Below, one piece after another: positions 6,443 to 6,632 of a stretch of 6,632 nt of DNA. Source of the DNA: Amoeboradix gromovi X-113 (taxonomy: Eukaryota > Fungi > Sanchytriomycota); NCBI GenBank assembly GCA_018985225.1, contig JADGIF010000562.1:1-6632 (forward strand), given 5' to 3'. A program made the translations under genes and the position numbers. The first letter of the stretch is position 1. Each line of letters begins with the position of its first letter. A model generated the notes under the pieces. It made no database searches. It was not told where the DNA came from and was given only the letters and a program-made list of their open reading frames with translations.

Positions 6443-6632
6443 AATAACACATGGGATATACTCTAAAAAATTGATAAACACGTATAATCTGCTATCGATT
6501 TTAATTGAATAAGCCATTTGTCGTGATTACATCAGCTGTATCGATCCAATGCGCATTTTTTCTTATCGCGTAAAAACTCCATAATCTTTCTTCTCCTCGT
6601 TAAAATTCCTGATTTCGGAGAAAATCGAGAAT

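Noticed and set aside
1-6632. CRISPR arrays, tRNA/rRNA, transposons, prokaryotic operon features
   Set aside because: No periodic repeats, cloverleafs, transposase ORFs or terminal repeats were seen; gene content is eukaryotic.

Overview
AT-rich, very compact, apparently intron-free eukaryotic (fungal/opisthokont-like) nuclear DNA. It holds six credible genes: a divergent, C-terminally short gamma-tubulin complex (GCP5-like) protein (424-2142 +), a single-C2H2 Con7-like zinc-finger protein (2542-2847 +), PRKRIP1/DUF1168 (2907-3257 -), complex I subunit NDUFB7 (3286-3597 +), a minimal MRNIP (3599-3850 -) and an EF-hand MscS-like channel of the Msy1/2 type (4631-6403 -). Spacers in the central cluster are only 59, 28 and 1 bp, and AATAAA lies on or beside most stop codons. 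Against this packing, a ~780 bp gap (3851-4630) stands out. It contains a ~600-nt GC-elevated non-coding block whose ends pair, with many nested helices and an Sm-like site just downstream. I call it a candidate unannotated large structured RNA. Telomerase RNA is the leading guess but is unproven. All homology calls come from motif recognition and all folds were found by eye; no searches were run.
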